Shown here: piece by piece, positions 1 to 9,895 of the stretch
Position numbering within the stretch: the first letter of the stretch is position 1
Layout: each line of letters begins with the position of its first letter
Source of the DNA: Desulfatiglandales bacterium
Lineage (GTDB): Bacteria; Desulfobacterota; DSM-4660; Desulfatiglandales; Desulfatiglandaceae
Direction: 5' to 3'
DNA length: 64,000 nt
NCBI GenBank assembly: GCA_963662465.1
Contig: OY759599.1
Coordinates: 5,536,001-5,600,000 of the forward strand
The notes under the pieces: generated by a model
The model's database searches: none
What the model was told of the DNA's origin: nothing
What the model saw: the letters and a program-made list of their open reading frames with translations, nothing else
Position numbers and translations under genes: made by a program

Positions 1-1233
1 CACCGCCAGGATGAGATCTCCGGGAAGTGCGTGAAGGCAATCATTGAGGGAAAGCCTGGTTTTGTCATCAAAGAATTTAGCCAGGGGCGATTGCCATTTA
101 TCTTCCGCGACCTTGATCCATGCCAATCCTTTTGCCCCATTGGCCGTTGCGGTCGTCGAAATCTCGTCCAGCGCCTTTCTCGAATAGGCGGCGGCGCCAT
201 TTTTGATCCGAATGGCCTTAACGATGCCCCCCGCGGCGATGACCCCTTTGAAGACCTTGAAATCCGATTTTTCGGCAATATCGGAGACGTTTATAAGTTC
301 CATTCCAAACCGCAAATCCGGTCGATCCGTGCCGAATCGATCCATGGCGTCCTGATAGGTCAGATGCGGAATCGGCGACGGGATTTCTTTGCCCATGATG
401 TTGCGGAACAGCTCACCCATCATGCCCTCAAAGATGTCCATGACGGCTTTTTCATCAACAAAAGCCATCTCCAGATCCACCTGGGTGAACTCCGGTTGCC
501 GGTCCGCCCGGAGGTCCTCGTCCCGAAAGCATCTGACGATTTGATAATACCGGTCAAAGCCTGATATCATCAGCAGTTGTTTGAAGAGCTGGGGAGATTG
601 GGGGAGGGCGTAAAACATCCCCGGATTGATTCGGCTCGGCACCAGATAATCCCTTGCCCCTTCCGGGGTGCTCTTGGTGAGACAGGGCGTTTCCACCTCG
701 ATAAAGCCCCGCTCATCCAGATATGCCCGGATAGAGGAGGCGATGGCATGACGTTTTCTGAAATTCTCAAAAATCCGGGGTCTGCGAAGCTCCAGATAAC
801 GGTATTTCAGCCGGAGGTTTTCAGAAGCATCCACGGCCCCATCCACCTGGAACGGCGGCGTTTCAGTTTGATTGAGGATTTTTACCGTCAGGGCCTTTAT
901 TTCAATTTGGCCCGTGGGAAGATCCCGGTTTTCCTGCCCTTCCAGCCTGGGAACCACGGTTCCCTTGACCGCCAGGACCCATTCATTTCGGAGAATATGC
1001 GCCTTTTCATGGGCGGCGGCATTGACCTGAGGGTCAAAAACCACCTGCGTAATACCTTCTCTGTCCCTCAAATCGATAAAAATGAGGTTTCCCAGGTCGC
1101 GTCTTCTGTTGACCCATCCCATGAGGATGACGTCCTGGTCCGCATGATGTTCTCTCAGGGCGCCGCAGTCGTGGGTTCGTTTCCAGTCTCCCAGTGAATC
1201 AATGGCTGCCGTTTCAGTCTGTTGGTCTTTCAT
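1..1233 (-). CDS. aspS: Aspartate--tRNA ligase (5' part; runs off window start)
   Basis: Not in ORF track. Manual minus-strand translation from ATG at 1233 gives MKDQQTETAAIDSLGDWKRTHDCGALR and later FYALPQSPQLFKQLLM, a conserved AspRS motif. Start overlaps hisS stop (ATGA). Confidence 0.95.
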   Translation of the reverse strand, partial: MKDQQTETAAIDSLGDWKRTHDCGALREHHADQDVILMGWVNRRRDLGNLIFIDLRDREGITQVVFDPQVNAAAHEKAHILRNEWVLAVKGTVVPRLEGQENRDLPTGQIEIKALTVKILNQTETPPFQVDGAVDASENLRLKYRYLELRRPRIFENFRKRHAIASSIRAYLDERGFIEVETPCLTKSTPEGARDYLVPSRINPGMFYALPQSPQLFKQLLMISGFDRYYQIVRCFRDEDLRADRQPEFTQVDLEMAFVDEKAVMDIFEGMMGELFRNIMGKEIPSPIPHLTYQDAMDRFGTDRPDLRFGMELINVSDIAEKSDFKVFKGVIAAGGIVKAIRIKNGAAAYSRKALDEISTTATANGAKGLAWIKVAEDKWQSPLAKFFDDKTRLSLNDCLHALPGDLILAV

Positions 1234-2489
1234 TTTTCAAAAATATCCTTTAAGGTGATTACCAGATTATCAAAATCAACCGCCGTTTGTTCCCGGGTGT
1301 TCATATTCCGCAGGATGGCTTTCTTCGTTCGGACTTCGTCGTCTCCTACCATCAGGACGTGTTGGGCGTCCAGGCGACCCGCCTTCTTCATTTGCGATTT
1401 CAAGCCTTTTCCGCTGTAATCCAGTTCGACCCAGAGGCCCAGTTTCCGTAAGGCAACCATCCATTGGAAGGTCAGTTGATCAACGTTTTCGCCGAGTGCG
1501 GCGATAAAAAGATCGGGTTTTCGGGGGACAAGCGGGTTTGACGCCTCCAGGAGAGCGACGATTCTCTCAATACCCACGGCAAATCCGATGGCAGGATGGT
1601 CGGGACCGCCGAGGGTCTTCACCAGGCCGTCGTACCGCCCTCCTCCGGCAACGGCATTCTGAGCCCCCAGATGCTCGGTCTGAATTTCAAAGGTGGTCCG
1701 GTTGTAGTAATCAAGCCCTCTGACCAGCTGATCGTTGACCGTAAACGGAATGTTTAATCCGTCAAGGTATTCCTTCAGGGATTCAAAGTGGCTTTGACAG
1801 CTCGGGCAAAGAAATGCGGGTATGGCGGGCGCCGCCTGGACAATGGTTTTGCAGGTTTCCACCTTGCAGTCGAAAACGCGCAACGGGTTTAATTGTGCCC
1901 TTTTTTGACAGTCCACACAAAGGGAAGAACCTTTGTCCGCCAAGTAGTCTTTGAGTTTTGCCTTAAACCCCGGTCGACAATCAGGGCATCCCAGCGAATT
2001 GATCTGCAGGCTGAGTTCCGTCAAGCCGATGGTCTCAAAAAGATACATGGCCAGAATAATGATTTCGGCGTCGCTTTTGGGGCCGGAATCGCCAAACAGT
2101 TCAACATCAATTTGATGAAACTGCCGAAACCGGCCTTTTTGCGGTCGTTCATGCCGAAACATGGGTCCGATGGCAAACAGTTTTTGTACGGGATATTGCT
2201 GATACAACCGGTGTTGAATATAGGCCCTGACCACCGATGCCGTGGCCTCGGGTCTCATGGTCAATCCCCGCCCTTTGACGTCCTCGAAAGAGTACATCTC
2301 CTTTGACACGATATCGGTTTCCTGGCCGATGCCGCGGCTGAAAAGCTCAGTTTTTTCAAGAATGGGGGTTTTAATTTCCTGGTATCCAAAGGCCTCAAAC
2401 AACCGCCTTGCCGCGGCTTCAATCGACTGCCACCGGACGGATTCTTCGGGAAGAATATCTTTAAACCCCTTTAGCGTTGTGAATTCCAA
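1230..2489 (-). CDS. hisS: Histidine--tRNA ligase
   Basis: Motifs RPEATASVVRA, FRHERPQKGRFRQFHQ, LVRGLDYY, GGGRYDGL; canonical hisS-aspS order. Confidence 0.97.
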   Translation of the reverse strand: MEFTTLKGFKDILPEESVRWQSIEAAARRLFEAFGYQEIKTPILEKTELFSRGIGQETDIVSKEMYSFEDVKGRGLTMRPEATASVVRAYIQHRLYQQYPVQKLFAIGPMFRHERPQKGRFRQFHQIDVELFGDSGPKSDAEIIILAMYLFETIGLTELSLQINSLGCPDCRPGFKAKLKDYLADKGSSLCVDCQKRAQLNPLRVFDCKVETCKTIVQAAPAIPAFLCPSCQSHFESLKEYLDGLNIPFTVNDQLVRGLDYYNRTTFEIQTEHLGAQNAVAGGGRYDGLVKTLGGPDHPAIGFAVGIERIVALLEASNPLVPRKPDLFIAALGENVDQLTFQWMVALRKLGLWVELDYSGKGLKSQMKKAGRLDAQHVLMVGDDEVRTKKAILRNMNTREQTAVDFDNLVITLKDIFEK

Positions 2490-2533
2490 TAATTACATGC
2501 TCCCTATGCGCTCTAAAAACGTTTTCTTCGTTC

Positions 2534-2770
2534 CTATTCGATGATGATCTTTTTAGCGACTTTCTTTTTTTTGGGCGCGCCTTTTTTTTCCAGGGTTTCT
2601 ATTTTTGAATCCACCAGGGTTTTGATGGCTTTCAGCAGTTCAATGCGAGATCGGTCCAGGTGTTCCATGAATTCCGGCGCATTCCGGGACAAATCTTCAA
2701 GACCCTGTAAAACCCTTCCAAGCGGGCATAATCCTTTGGCGTTGTCGGCCTGTGCTTCTTTTTTGCCCAT
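2534..2770 (-). CDS. Small hypothetical protein downstream of ArsA-family ATPase
   Basis: 78-aa ORF with AGGAG RBS, co-oriented between the ArsA-like gene and hisS. Confidence 0.7.
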   Translation of the reverse strand: MGKKEAQADNAKGLCPLGRVLQGLEDLSRNAPEFMEHLDRSRIELLKAIKTLVDSKIETLEKKGAPKKKKVAKKIIIE

Positions 2771-2782
2771 GACAAGCTCCTT

Positions 2783-3964
2783 TTATGAATCAAAATGAAT
2801 CCACAAATACTCCCCCTCAAGGGTGGCCTTAAGCGAGTTTAACGCCGCCACCTGCCGGGGAAGCATGACGTGTCGTTTGAAGCCGCCGATCCGAATCACC
2901 AATTCGTCTGCGATCTTATGTAACGCCACATCCTGTTTTTCAATGAAGGGCAGTTTCATTTTCAACTGGTATTTCCCGTTGATTTTGGCCAATTCATAGG
3001 GCTTACCCGTGAAAAATCGGTCCAGAGGATTCCTTTCGCCGTAAATTTGGTCTCCCAGGGCCTTAAGGCTGTCAAAGCCCAGAACCTCGCTCGTGGATAA
3101 ATTCACCGAAAAAAGAGGAACCGGTTGAAAAAAGCTTTGGGCTTCCCGAACATATCGTTTTTGACTTTCCTGCCAGTTCTGAAAAAAGGGCTCGTTGAGC
3201 GCGTCGGGCAAAACACGATTCATGATGACGGCGTCGATGCTCATTTTGTAAAGGGAAAAGTACATGAAGGCCCGCTGGGTTTCTTTCAAAACGATTTTTT
3301 CAGGGTTCGCAACCAGACGGACCGTGGTTATTTTCGGATCAGTGAGAAGCGCATCGACGCCCTTGAGCTTTTCAAACAGGCGCTCAATGGCGTTAAAGTA
3401 GTCTTCACCCGGCAGGGGTACATCATAGAAGCGTTTGGCCACGGGACGGGCATATTTGACGATGGTTTTCTCAAGCTTGAAAATTTTGTTGATGTACCAT
3501 TCCAGCGTTGTGGGAATACTGATAAAGCGGAGCGATTCACCGGTGGGTGCACAGTCCAGCAGAACCACGTCAAAGCGGTTGTTTTGGGCGTAGCGGTTGA
3601 TATGCAGGAGCAGGCTGATTTCTTCCATGCCCGGCAAAACGGCCAACTCTTCGGCGAGAATTTCATCGAGCCCGGTGGTGTTCAGGAGGGTTGAAAGGTA
3701 TTTATGAATGTCGCCCCAGTTTTTTTCAATCTCTTCCTGGATATCCAGCTCCTGGATCCACAAGTTGTCTCCCACCGGCGTCGGCTGACCCCTGTTTTTG
3801 GAGATCAGACTTTTATCCATGTCAAAGATATCCGATAGACTGTGGGCCACATCAAGACTCATGATGACGGTTTTGTTGCCGCGTTCCGCCGCTTTTATAC
3901 CCGTGGCGGCAGCCGCGCTGGTCTTTCCGACCCCGCCCTTGCCGGCAAAAAATATGATTCTCAT
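2783..3964 (-). CDS. ArsA/Get3-family ATPase with C-terminal HSP20-like domain
   Basis: GKGGVGKT deviant Walker A, DVAHSLSD, DCAPTG; C-terminal DELVIRIGGFKRHVMLP typical of the alpha-crystallin-like tail. Confidence 0.9.
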   Translation of the reverse strand: MRIIFFAGKGGVGKTSAAAATGIKAAERGNKTVIMSLDVAHSLSDIFDMDKSLISKNRGQPTPVGDNLWIQELDIQEEIEKNWGDIHKYLSTLLNTTGLDEILAEELAVLPGMEEISLLLHINRYAQNNRFDVVLLDCAPTGESLRFISIPTTLEWYINKIFKLEKTIVKYARPVAKRFYDVPLPGEDYFNAIERLFEKLKGVDALLTDPKITTVRLVANPEKIVLKETQRAFMYFSLYKMSIDAVIMNRVLPDALNEPFFQNWQESQKRYVREAQSFFQPVPLFSVNLSTSEVLGFDSLKALGDQIYGERNPLDRFFTGKPYELAKINGKYQLKMKLPFIEKQDVALHKIADELVIRIGGFKRHVMLPRQVAALNSLKATLEGEYLWIHFDS

Positions 3965-4988
3965 AGTGTATTATTTCTGAAAGCTGAATGTTGGAAATTT
4001 AAAGAGCATAACATAGCCATCATGATTTTTGAAGAAAAAGCGAATGCCAACCGGGAGGGGATACGAAAATAAAAATAAGAATAACAATGGTTGCGGTAGG
4101 AAGCAATGGGGTTAAAAGTTATTAACAATGAACTATTTCATAGGGTTGAAAGAAAAGGGATAGACGCCTGACTGTCATCAAAGACCATTACCATTTTCAA
4201 AGGAAAGCAGCCGACCGTAAATTAAAGCTTTCAAGTTTTACTATCCCCTTTTCTCTTCCTGGAAAATTATGTGATCTTCCCGATTTTAGAAAACCAAGGC
4301 AAATACCACAAATACGAATCCAAAAAGGCACAACATATTGATTGAGAAATTCCATATCTTGTTCATTTTTATCCCCCTTCAAATCTTTGTCGCCGTTTTA
4401 AGCCATGACCCAGCCGAGCGCCCGAATTGCTCTGTTTTAAAACCGAAATGCATTTTCCTGTATGTACAGCAAGGGATATGCCGAGTTTGTTTCTTAGATG
4501 CGGAATTCCAACATAAGATCTTGAAAATACATATGATTTATTCTTAGAATCTATAAAGGAAAGTGCAATGATCGTGTCTTGGGAAGGTTTTAATGGGAAA
4601 GGATGTTTTATGCTGAGACTTAGCCTGTTGCCTGAATCTCATAATGATACGGTAGATTCCAAAATCCCGGCCCTTGCGGAGTGTTGGTAATGTGTGATAA
4701 AATATGGGTAATGTTAGTGCCTTATCACCTGGTTTTCTGTCACAAAAAACAAGAAGTTAATTGACTGAAAAACCCAAAACCCATAACCCAAAACTGCGGC
4801 TTTGCCGCCTTAGATACTTGATGGCAAAAAAAACCGCACAACCACTGGTTGGCTTGAACAAGGGAGGAGCATCTAAGAACTGGAATGAAGATGTCTGATG
4901 GGTAATTGCAAGTGATAGGAACCACCTATGAGAAGATTGTTTTCCAATATTGTGGTAAGGTATGCCCAAAACATCGATTGGAGAGAAC

Positions 4989-5249
4989 ATGTCAAAGGAA
5001 ATTAGAGAAATCACGCACACTACAAAGCAGCAACTTGTCTTTGAGATAGAGCAATTACCGAATGTTTATCTTTTGGAGTTGCAAAGCTTTATTCAATATC
5101 TGAAATTTAAACAGGCAAATTCAGGCAATCTTTCGAGGGAAAAGGCAAGGCAACGCTCTGAACAAGATCCGATTCTTCAGGCAATTGGAACCATTGATAT
5201 TGAGCCTTTTTCTGAAACCATTGACGACACATTGTACGCGACGCTATGA
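4989..5249 (+). CDS. Putative antitoxin (DUF2281-like)
   Basis: EIEQLPNVYLLELQSFIQYLKFK pattern; stop overlaps the start of a PIN-like remnant. Confidence 0.55.
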   Translation: MSKEIREITHTTKQQLVFEIEQLPNVYLLELQSFIQYLKFKQANSGNLSREKARQRSEQDPILQAIGTIDIEPFSETIDDTLYATL

Positions 5250-5290
5250 ACGCTATCTTTATCGACACGTGGGGTTGGATCAATCTATGG
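5246..5290 (+). pseudogene. Truncated PIN/VapC toxin N-terminus
   Basis: MNAIFIDTWGW matches the PIN first-strand hhDT motif; the similarity stops after about 12 codons. Confidence 0.5.
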
Positions 5291-5405
5291 TGTAATTGTC
5301 TGCCCATAAAGTTATGGTCCTCCTGTCGTTTGATAGGTTTGGTATTCCTGAAAATTGTGGTGTTTAAGCATAAGCAGTGGCAAACACGGGTAAGGAAGAA
5401 ATTTA

Positions 5406-5560
5406 GGCTCATCGTGGATTCGCGTGAGATTTGGCTTCTGAGCCGATTGTAGGTGCGACTTTAGTCGCACATTAAGCCTACCCTGTGCGACTAAAGTCGC
5501 ACCTACAGCCCGAACCGAAACAATCCCAAAGCGCGATTTCACGTTAATCCGCTCGGAGAT
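5406..5560. mobile_element. Degenerate MITE with ends related to the ISL3 element at 23595-25337
   Basis: Left GGCTCATCGTGGATTCGCGTGA versus IS end GGCTCATCGCGGATTAACGTGA; TTTCACGTTAATCCGC (5537-5552) is identical to the other IS end. Confidence 0.6.
5448..5507. repeat. Inverted pair of GTAG-type REP palindromes (BIME-like)
   Basis: TGTAGGTGCGACTTTAGTCGCACA (5448-5471) and its exact reverse complement (5484-5507); each unit is itself palindromic. Confidence 0.85.
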
Positions 5561-5862
5561 CAATAAACAAAGAGATATTTGCGTTACACAATCGGACAAT
5601 TTTTTGGGCTGAACAAAAAGATCAAATGCTTGGCAAATTAACGGACACTGAAGAAGAACTTGATGACATAATGGTTCTTTCTCTCTTCGCCTCTTTCGAG
5701 CGGGAATTACGCGTCTTCATTCAGAATATTATCGGAAGCAAGCAACTTTCAACCCCCATCCAACCTAATGGAATTTAATTGGGAGGTAGCCTATTATCCC
5801 AATGCAGAAAATTCGTTCGTCGTTATTGGTTTTGAAACAGACCATAAATTGAGTAATCGAGA

Positions 5863-7464
5863 ATGACCGACCCAAGCATAAGATCAAGGAGCGATATTTT
5901 GAGCAAACCCAAAACAAAAATAACCACCCGAAGATGGCATCCGGAAGACATTCCGGAGATCATCGCGTGCAGCAGAGCCACTTACCATGATTATCCCGAA
6001 GAATACATATACACACAACGTTTGTATAAAATGCAGTTTGCCGCGTTTCCCCAGGGACAGTTTGTGGCCGTCCTCGGCGAAAAAATTATCGGTTACGCCA
6101 CCTCCATGATTGTCAGCATCGATGATGATTTCTGGTACGACGTGGACGAGCTGACAGGCGCCGGGACATTCAGCACGCACAACCCGGACGGCGACACCCT
6201 TTACGGCGCGGATATCGGCGTTCATCCGGACTATCAGCGCCGCGGCGTCGCCATGTTGCTCTATAAACGGCGGCTGAGCATTCTGAAACGGTACAATCTG
6301 AAACAAATGATTGCCTACGGAAGGATCCCCGGATACAAAAACCACGCGGGAAAAATGACCGCCGAGCAATATGTGGAAAAGGTGAAGAACGGCGACTTGC
6401 GCGATCCTGCCTTGAACACCCACCTGAAAGCAGGTTTTCAGGTCAAAAAGGTTCAACTGGATATCACCATCGACCGTTCCAGTTTGAATTACTCAACCTT
6501 CCTGACCATGCTCAACCCTGATTTTGATTTGGCCAAAAAAAAGATATCTTCGGCTGTCTTTCCAAAAATTCAGGCTCGAAGGGTCAGGGTATGCGCCGCC
6601 CAATACCAAATGCGGTCCATTCAGTCTTTTGAAGACCTTGAACGTTCGGTTGAATTTTTTGTAGATACAGCGGATTCCTATCACTGCCACTTCCTGCTGT
6701 TTCCGGAGTATTTCACTTATCAGCTGTTAAGTTTCAAGAGCCGGATGTCCATGAAGGAAGCCGCCGTGGAACTGGCCGGTTATGCGGATCGATATGTCGA
6801 CATGTTTAAGCGATTCGCGCAGAAATATAACATCTATATTGTCGGTGGCTCCCATCCAATACTGAGGGATGGAAAATGTTACAACAGTGCCCACCTGTTC
6901 ACGCCCACCGGCAATGTTTACACCCAGGACAAGCTCCATATTACACCGGCGGAGCGAAATGAAGGTGGAATCGAACCGGGGATGGCCTTACGAATTTTTC
7001 ACACCCCACTGGCCAGAATTGCAATCCAGGTATGCTATGATATCGAGTTTCCAGAGGTGTCTCGCCTGTTGACACTTGCCGGCGCGGAAATCATTTTCGT
7101 GCCTTTTTATGCCGAAGAAAAAAAAGCCTACTACCGTATCAGACACTGTGCCCAGGCCAGAGCAGTTGAAAACTTTATCTATGTGGTGATGACGGGAAGC
7201 GTCGGCAACATGCATACCCAATCCGGGTCTTTTTTGCACTACAGCCAGGCGGCCATCCTGACCCCCAGCGATTTTTCCTTCCCCGAAAAAGGGATAGAAG
7301 GAGAAGCCGATCCCAATGTGGAAGCGGTTGTGGTATCTGAACTTGCCCTTTCTTCACTATCGCAGCAACGGCATGTGGCAACGGTAAGACCGCTGCATGA
7401 CATGCGCCCGGATCTCTATGAACTCTTTCCAAAAAACAAAATTGAAATTGTCCGGGTCGAGTAA
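5863..7464 (+). CDS. Bifunctional GNAT acetyltransferase / carbon-nitrogen hydrolase (nitrilase family)
   Basis: GNAT motif VHPDYQRRGVA; nitrilase triad contexts LFPEY, QDKLH, VCYDIEFPE. Confidence 0.9.
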   Translation: MTDPSIRSRSDILSKPKTKITTRRWHPEDIPEIIACSRATYHDYPEEYIYTQRLYKMQFAAFPQGQFVAVLGEKIIGYATSMIVSIDDDFWYDVDELTGAGTFSTHNPDGDTLYGADIGVHPDYQRRGVAMLLYKRRLSILKRYNLKQMIAYGRIPGYKNHAGKMTAEQYVEKVKNGDLRDPALNTHLKAGFQVKKVQLDITIDRSSLNYSTFLTMLNPDFDLAKKKISSAVFPKIQARRVRVCAAQYQMRSIQSFEDLERSVEFFVDTADSYHCHFLLFPEYFTYQLLSFKSRMSMKEAAVELAGYADRYVDMFKRFAQKYNIYIVGGSHPILRDGKCYNSAHLFTPTGNVYTQDKLHITPAERNEGGIEPGMALRIFHTPLARIAIQVCYDIEFPEVSRLLTLAGAEIIFVPFYAEEKKAYYRIRHCAQARAVENFIYVVMTGSVGNMHTQSGSFLHYSQAAILTPSDFSFPEKGIEGEADPNVEAVVVSELALSSLSQQRHVATVRPLHDMRPDLYELFPKNKIEIVRVE

Positions 7465-7663
7465 GGCAAATTAAAAGGGAGTTCTTGATAGAACAACTTA
7501 AAACCGAAAATCTGAGACGACGGCTTTCCGCCTTAAGCAAAGATGGTCTGCACGAATTCCTCATACAACGCATAAATTTCATTGACAAAACCTTAAATCA
7601 AGCTTATTTCCGTAGCAGAATTCATCATTTTGATACTGATTGCCTCGACAATAGGAGGTTATA

Positions 7664-8071
7664 ATGGCCACGGTATCTTTAAGAATAGACCAGGACTTGG
7701 CGTTTCAAGCAGAGCGCGAGGCCAGGATTCAGAACAGATCAAAGACCAAACAGCTTGAGTACTGGGCAAGAATAGGCAAAGCCGTTTCATCTAAATTAAA
7801 TATTACAGATGCTTTTGCCGTGTCTCAAGGGATAAAAACGATCAAATTAGAGATAACCCCAGCTGTTCAATTGATTCCTATTGATTCAGACGTTATATTT
7901 AACGATCTTGAAAACGATAGGAGTAAAGGAGTTCTTGCTAAGAAGATAACATCAGCCAAGATATACTATGAGGCAAGCGTTGAACATCCTGGTTACCTTG
8001 ATCGAGTGAATTCCATCACCAAAAAAAGGCAGACGGGTTCGTTTGAACACGGTGAGTTTAAGGCGCTCTAA
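7664..8071 (+). CDS. ParD-like (RHH) antitoxin
   Basis: SLRIDQDL...NRSKTKQLEYWARIGK signature; coupled to the downstream P-loop protein. Confidence 0.75.
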   Translation: MATVSLRIDQDLAFQAEREARIQNRSKTKQLEYWARIGKAVSSKLNITDAFAVSQGIKTIKLEITPAVQLIPIDSDVIFNDLENDRSKGVLAKKITSAKIYYEASVEHPGYLDRVNSITKKRQTGSFEHGEFKAL

Positions 8072-8649
8072 TGGCTAGTCCAAAACAACTTTGGGTGTTA
8101 GCCGGCGGGAATGGCGCAGGAAAGTCTACATTCTACGATCTGTATCTTGCCGAATACGGCATAAAGTTTGTGAATGCGGATTTGATAGCTAAAGATATCG
8201 ATTCGGAAAATCCGGAAGGCTTAAGCTATTATGCCGCAACCGTGGCCGCTAAAATCAGAGAAGACTTGATCTCACAAGGTGTATCCTTCTGTTTTGAAAC
8301 GGTTTTCTCTCATGAATCAAAGATTGATTTTCTTGCCCAGGCAAAGGTTAATGGCTATAAGATCATCCTTGTATATATCCATTTATTTGATTCAAGCTTG
8401 AATGAAGCCAGAGTCAAACAGCGTGTCGCAGAGGGAGGGCATAGCGTCCCAACCGAAAAGATTCACTCTCGGATACCCCGAACCATGCAACTTATTAAAA
8501 CAGCTTTACCTATAGTCGATGAAGCGAGAATTTTAGATAATTCCTCTAAGGACGATCCATTTCAACAAATCATTGTGATGAAGTCTGGAAACTATGAAAC
8601 AAAAGCAGAATCTTTACCGGAGTGGGCAAAGGATCTGCTTCCCACCTGA
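8071..8649 (+). CDS. Zeta-toxin-like P-loop kinase/ATPase
   Basis: AGGNGAGKST, FVNADLIA, FETVFS, RVAEGGHSVP. Confidence 0.85.
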   Translation: MASPKQLWVLAGGNGAGKSTFYDLYLAEYGIKFVNADLIAKDIDSENPEGLSYYAATVAAKIREDLISQGVSFCFETVFSHESKIDFLAQAKVNGYKIILVYIHLFDSSLNEARVKQRVAEGGHSVPTEKIHSRIPRTMQLIKTALPIVDEARILDNSSKDDPFQQIIVMKSGNYETKAESLPEWAKDLLPT

Positions 8650-8774
8650 CGAAAACTCAACAAGGAATATGCTGACGAACACAAGCCGCAGGTGTTCGTA
8701 AGGGCTCACGAAGCGAATACGAGAGCCTTTGAAACGAGCATTCGCCAGCATATATTGGAATTCAAAGCTCGAAA

Positions 8775-9833
8775 TTAGTCAAAAATGGCCTGCACGAATT
8801 CTTCCGGATTAAAAACCCTGAGGTCCTCCACCTGTTCTCCAATGCCGATGAAACGGATGGGAATCCGGAGCTGGCTGGAAATGCCGATCACGATGCCGCC
8901 CTTTGCGGTGCCGTCCAATTTGGTGAGGATGATGCCCGTCAGCCCTAGTGTTTCTTGAAAGGCTTCCGCCTGTGAAATGGCGTTTTGTCCCGTTGTGGCA
9001 TCCAGAACAAGCCATACTTCGTGGGGGGCCCCCGAAAGCTTACGACCGATGACCCGGTGAATTTTCTGGAGTTCCTCCATGAGATTGATTTGGGTATGCA
9101 GCCTTCCGGCGGTGTCCACCAGGACCACATCGACTTTTCTGGCAATGGCCGCCGTTAAAGCGTCGAAGGCAACGGCGGACGGATCAGCGCCGGTCCCCTG
9201 CTTGATAACGGTGGCCCCCACCCGTTCTCCCCAGATGGTCAGTTGTTCAACGGCCGCGGCCCTGAAGGTGTCCGCCGCCACCAGCATGACGGTTTTTCCC
9301 TCGGACCTGAAACGGCTTGCCAGTTTGCCGATGGTGGTGGTTTTTCCAACCCCGTTTACGCCGGCCACCATGATCACCAGGGGGTCTTCGGGTTTTACAG
9401 GCCGATTTTCAGTGGGAGGATGATCCAATAACGCCAAGATATGGGTTCGCAACATTTCTCTCAGCTTGGTGGGGTCCTTCAGTTCTTTTTTCGTCACCTT
9501 CTCCTGAACGGCATCCAGCAAGCCCTGGGTGGTTGCCACGCCGATATCCGAGGTAAACAAAACCTCTTCCAGTTCCTCCATCAATTCTTCGGTAATTTCC
9601 TTCCTGCCCAAAAAAAGGCCGTCTATCCGGCCGGTGAAAGAGATCCTGGTTTTTGAAAGTCCGTGACGGAGCCGCTTAAAAACACCTTCCCGCGAGGTTT
9701 CGGGTTCGCCGACATTCGCTTCGACCACCTGAGCGTCGTGAGTTAATGAGGCGTCTTGCGGGGAATTTTTCGGCGCCTCTTTCGGGCTGTCCGCTTCATG
9801 GTTTTTGTTTTTTCTATTTTTGAAAATCGCCAT
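8775..9833 (-). CDS. ftsY: Signal recognition particle receptor FtsY
   Basis: GVNGVGKTTTIGKLA, DTFRAAA, DTAGR, TKLDGTAKGG; start moved to MAIFKNRK at 9833 to avoid the smc overlap. Confidence 0.96.
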   Translation of the reverse strand: MAIFKNRKNKNHEADSPKEAPKNSPQDASLTHDAQVVEANVGEPETSREGVFKRLRHGLSKTRISFTGRIDGLFLGRKEITEELMEELEEVLFTSDIGVATTQGLLDAVQEKVTKKELKDPTKLREMLRTHILALLDHPPTENRPVKPEDPLVIMVAGVNGVGKTTTIGKLASRFRSEGKTVMLVAADTFRAAAVEQLTIWGERVGATVIKQGTGADPSAVAFDALTAAIARKVDVVLVDTAGRLHTQINLMEELQKIHRVIGRKLSGAPHEVWLVLDATTGQNAISQAEAFQETLGLTGIILTKLDGTAKGGIVIGISSQLRIPIRFIGIGEQVEDLRVFNPEEFVQAIFD

Positions 9834-9895
9834 TTTCAATTGTTCCTTTTTTAAGTTTTCGAAATGATGGGTTTTTGGGTATAATTGTATATCTT

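Noticed and set aside
31..1197. Plus-strand ORFs 31-564 and 577-1197
   Set aside because: Antisense shadows of aspS, which the ORF track missed because it runs off the window.
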